Shown piece by piece: positions 31,501 through 32,000 of a stretch of DNA of 32,000 nt; position 1 is the stretch's first letter; each line of letters opens with the position of its first letter. The notes beneath the pieces were generated by a model. The model saw nothing but the letters and a program-made list of their open reading frames with translations, had not been told where the DNA came from and ran no database searches. The stretch is taken from NCBI RefSeq assembly GCF_000011805.1, contig NC_006840.2; one strand, written 5' to 3'. Position numbers and translations under genes: made by a program. Origin of the DNA: Aliivibrio fischeri ES114 (GTDB lineage Bacteria > Pseudomonadota > Gammaproteobacteria > Enterobacterales > Vibrionaceae).

Positions 31501-31665
31501 AGAGGCTCCCTCATAACGAGTACTGATCGAAACAACTGGGCTTTCAATATCAGGCATTTCACGAACAGCCAATTTACTGAACGACACCGCACCAAATACA
31601 CACAACAGCAAACTTAAAACAATGGCTACCACTGGTCTTTTTACTGAAACATCAGATAACCACAT
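28555..31665 (-). CDS. RND superfamily multidrug efflux permease
   Basis: 1036 aa AcrB-type permease: FSKLAVREMPDIE, LVLYIFIGQARATLIPAVTVPVSLISSF, DDAIVVVENIFHHLEKG, GLLLMNQGLNIYSQIGMIMLIG. Confidence 0.95.
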   Translation of the reverse strand: MWLSDVSVKRPVVAIVLSLLLCVFGAVSFSKLAVREMPDIESPVVSISTRYEGASATIIESQITTVLEDQLSGISGIDEIESTTRNSMSRIMITFDLGYDLNTGVSDIRDAVARAQRSLPDEADDPIVFKNNGSGEASLYINLSSSVMDRTELTDYIERVLVDRFSLITGVSSVDVSGGLYKVMYVKLQPDLMAGRGVTASDITAALRSENIESPGGEVRNDAIVMSVRTERLYNKAEDFNYLVVKTASDGTPIYLKDVADVFIGAENENSTFKSDGVVNVSMGIVPQSDANPLDVANLVHEEVAKIQQFLPKGTRLAIDYDSTVFIERSIAEVYSTLFITGGLVILVLYIFIGQARATLIPAVTVPVSLISSFIAAYYFGFSINLITLMALILSIGLVVDDAIVVVENIFHHLEKGESPLLAAYKGAREVGFAVIATTLVLVMVFLPISFMDGMVGLLFTEFSVLLAMSVLFSSLIALTLTPVLGSKILKANVKPNRFNLFIDKVFSALERSYRKAVSKAVAWRLLAPVIILACIGGSYGLMQYVPSQLTPQEDRGVLFAFVRGADATSYNRMSSNMDIVEERLMPLLGKGFLKSFSIQSPAFGGNAGDQTGFVIMILEDWEDRDLTAQQGLGVIRNALADIPDVRVFPMMPGFRGGSSEPVQFVLGGSDYSELQKWGEILKAEANNSPLMEGADINYSEKTPELVVSVDRHRAAELGIKISDISDTLEIMLGGKSETTFVERGEEYDVYLRGDENSFNNAADLSQIYMRTSSGDLVTLDTVTKINEVASAIRLSHINKQKSITLSANLKDGATLGDALNYLDAKAIEILPSDISVGYTGESKDFKENQSSILVVFGLALLVAYLVLAAQFESFINPLVVMFTVPMGVFGGFLGLLLMNQGLNIYSQIGMIMLIGMVTKNGILIVEFANQLRDKGVELEQAIVDASARRLRPILMTAFTTLAGAIPLIVSTGAGYESRVAVGTVIFFGMAFATLVTLFVIPAMYRLISGGTHSPGYVEDLLNKELDHDIKGRISH

Positions 31666-31667
31666 GA

Positions 31668-32000
31668 TTACTGTACCTCAGTTTTATTTTGTTCAAGTTG
31701 TTTAACCGTCACACCATCACGCATGTTAACTAAACCTTGAACTACAATTTCATCACCTACATTTAAACCACTAGCGATGACAACACGGTTTTCAACACGA
31801 GCGCCTAAAGTAACTTCGGTGCGAATTGCTTTGTTATCTTCACCTACAACATACACATAACGCTTAGTACCAGAGTACTCTAAAGCTTGAACAGGAATAA
31901 TAGGTGCATTAATAGCAGGGAAATCTAACGTCGCAGCCATCAGCATTCCCGGTTTCATTTTCAGATCTTTATTAGGGAATTCAATACGAACACGTAAATT
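31668..32000 (-). CDS. RND efflux periplasmic adaptor (membrane fusion) subunit, C-terminal part, truncated by the window edge
   Basis: Reading frame stays open to the window end (..NLRVRIEFPNKDLKMKPGMLMAATLDFPAINAPIIPVQALEYSGTKRYVYVVGED..EVTLGARVENRVVIASGLNVGDEIVVQG), typical of HlyD/AcrA-type adaptors. Confidence 0.88.
   Translation of the reverse strand, partial: NLRVRIEFPNKDLKMKPGMLMAATLDFPAINAPIIPVQALEYSGTKRYVYVVGEDNKAIRTEVTLGARVENRVVIASGLNVGDEIVVQGLVNMRDGVTVKQLEQNKTEVQ

Noticed and set aside
1-32000. Searched for an anti-phage defence island, toxin-antitoxin pair, secretion cluster or biosynthetic cluster
   Set aside because: All sizeable ORFs are accounted for by housekeeping, regulatory, transport or isolated hypothetical genes; no nuclease/helicase/ATPase grouping typical of defence systems was seen

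Overview
The window looks like an ordinary stretch of Vibrionaceae (probably Aliivibrio) chromosome. That attribution is inferred from protein resemblance, not from a search. Recognisable genes include pldA, a HrpB-like DEAH helicase, maeA, sanA, an ECF-type transporter, rluF, torR/torD, purR, a tfoX/tfoY-family gene, an alkyltransferase-like gene, a ybaY-like lipoprotein, tesB, an Lrp-family regulator paired with a PLP enzyme, queC and an RND efflux pair. I found no CRISPR, phage, transposon, toxin-antitoxin or defence locus. The strongest non-coding signal is a class I cyclic-di-GMP riboswitch (GEMM, Vc2-like) at about 22255-22347, 5' of the tfoY-like gene, with a concrete candidate for its expression platform. 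Other items worth checking: a tandemly duplicated Cys-Gly-Leu tRNA array whose two spacers differ by a 35 bp segment with a terminator-like hairpin; a long-range hairpin plus an SD-sequestering hairpin in the purR leader; possible Tor boxes in the torR/torD intergenic region; a diguanylate cyclase with an R-to-K change in the I-site; and several poorly characterised envelope proteins. No clearly novel multi-gene system was identified.
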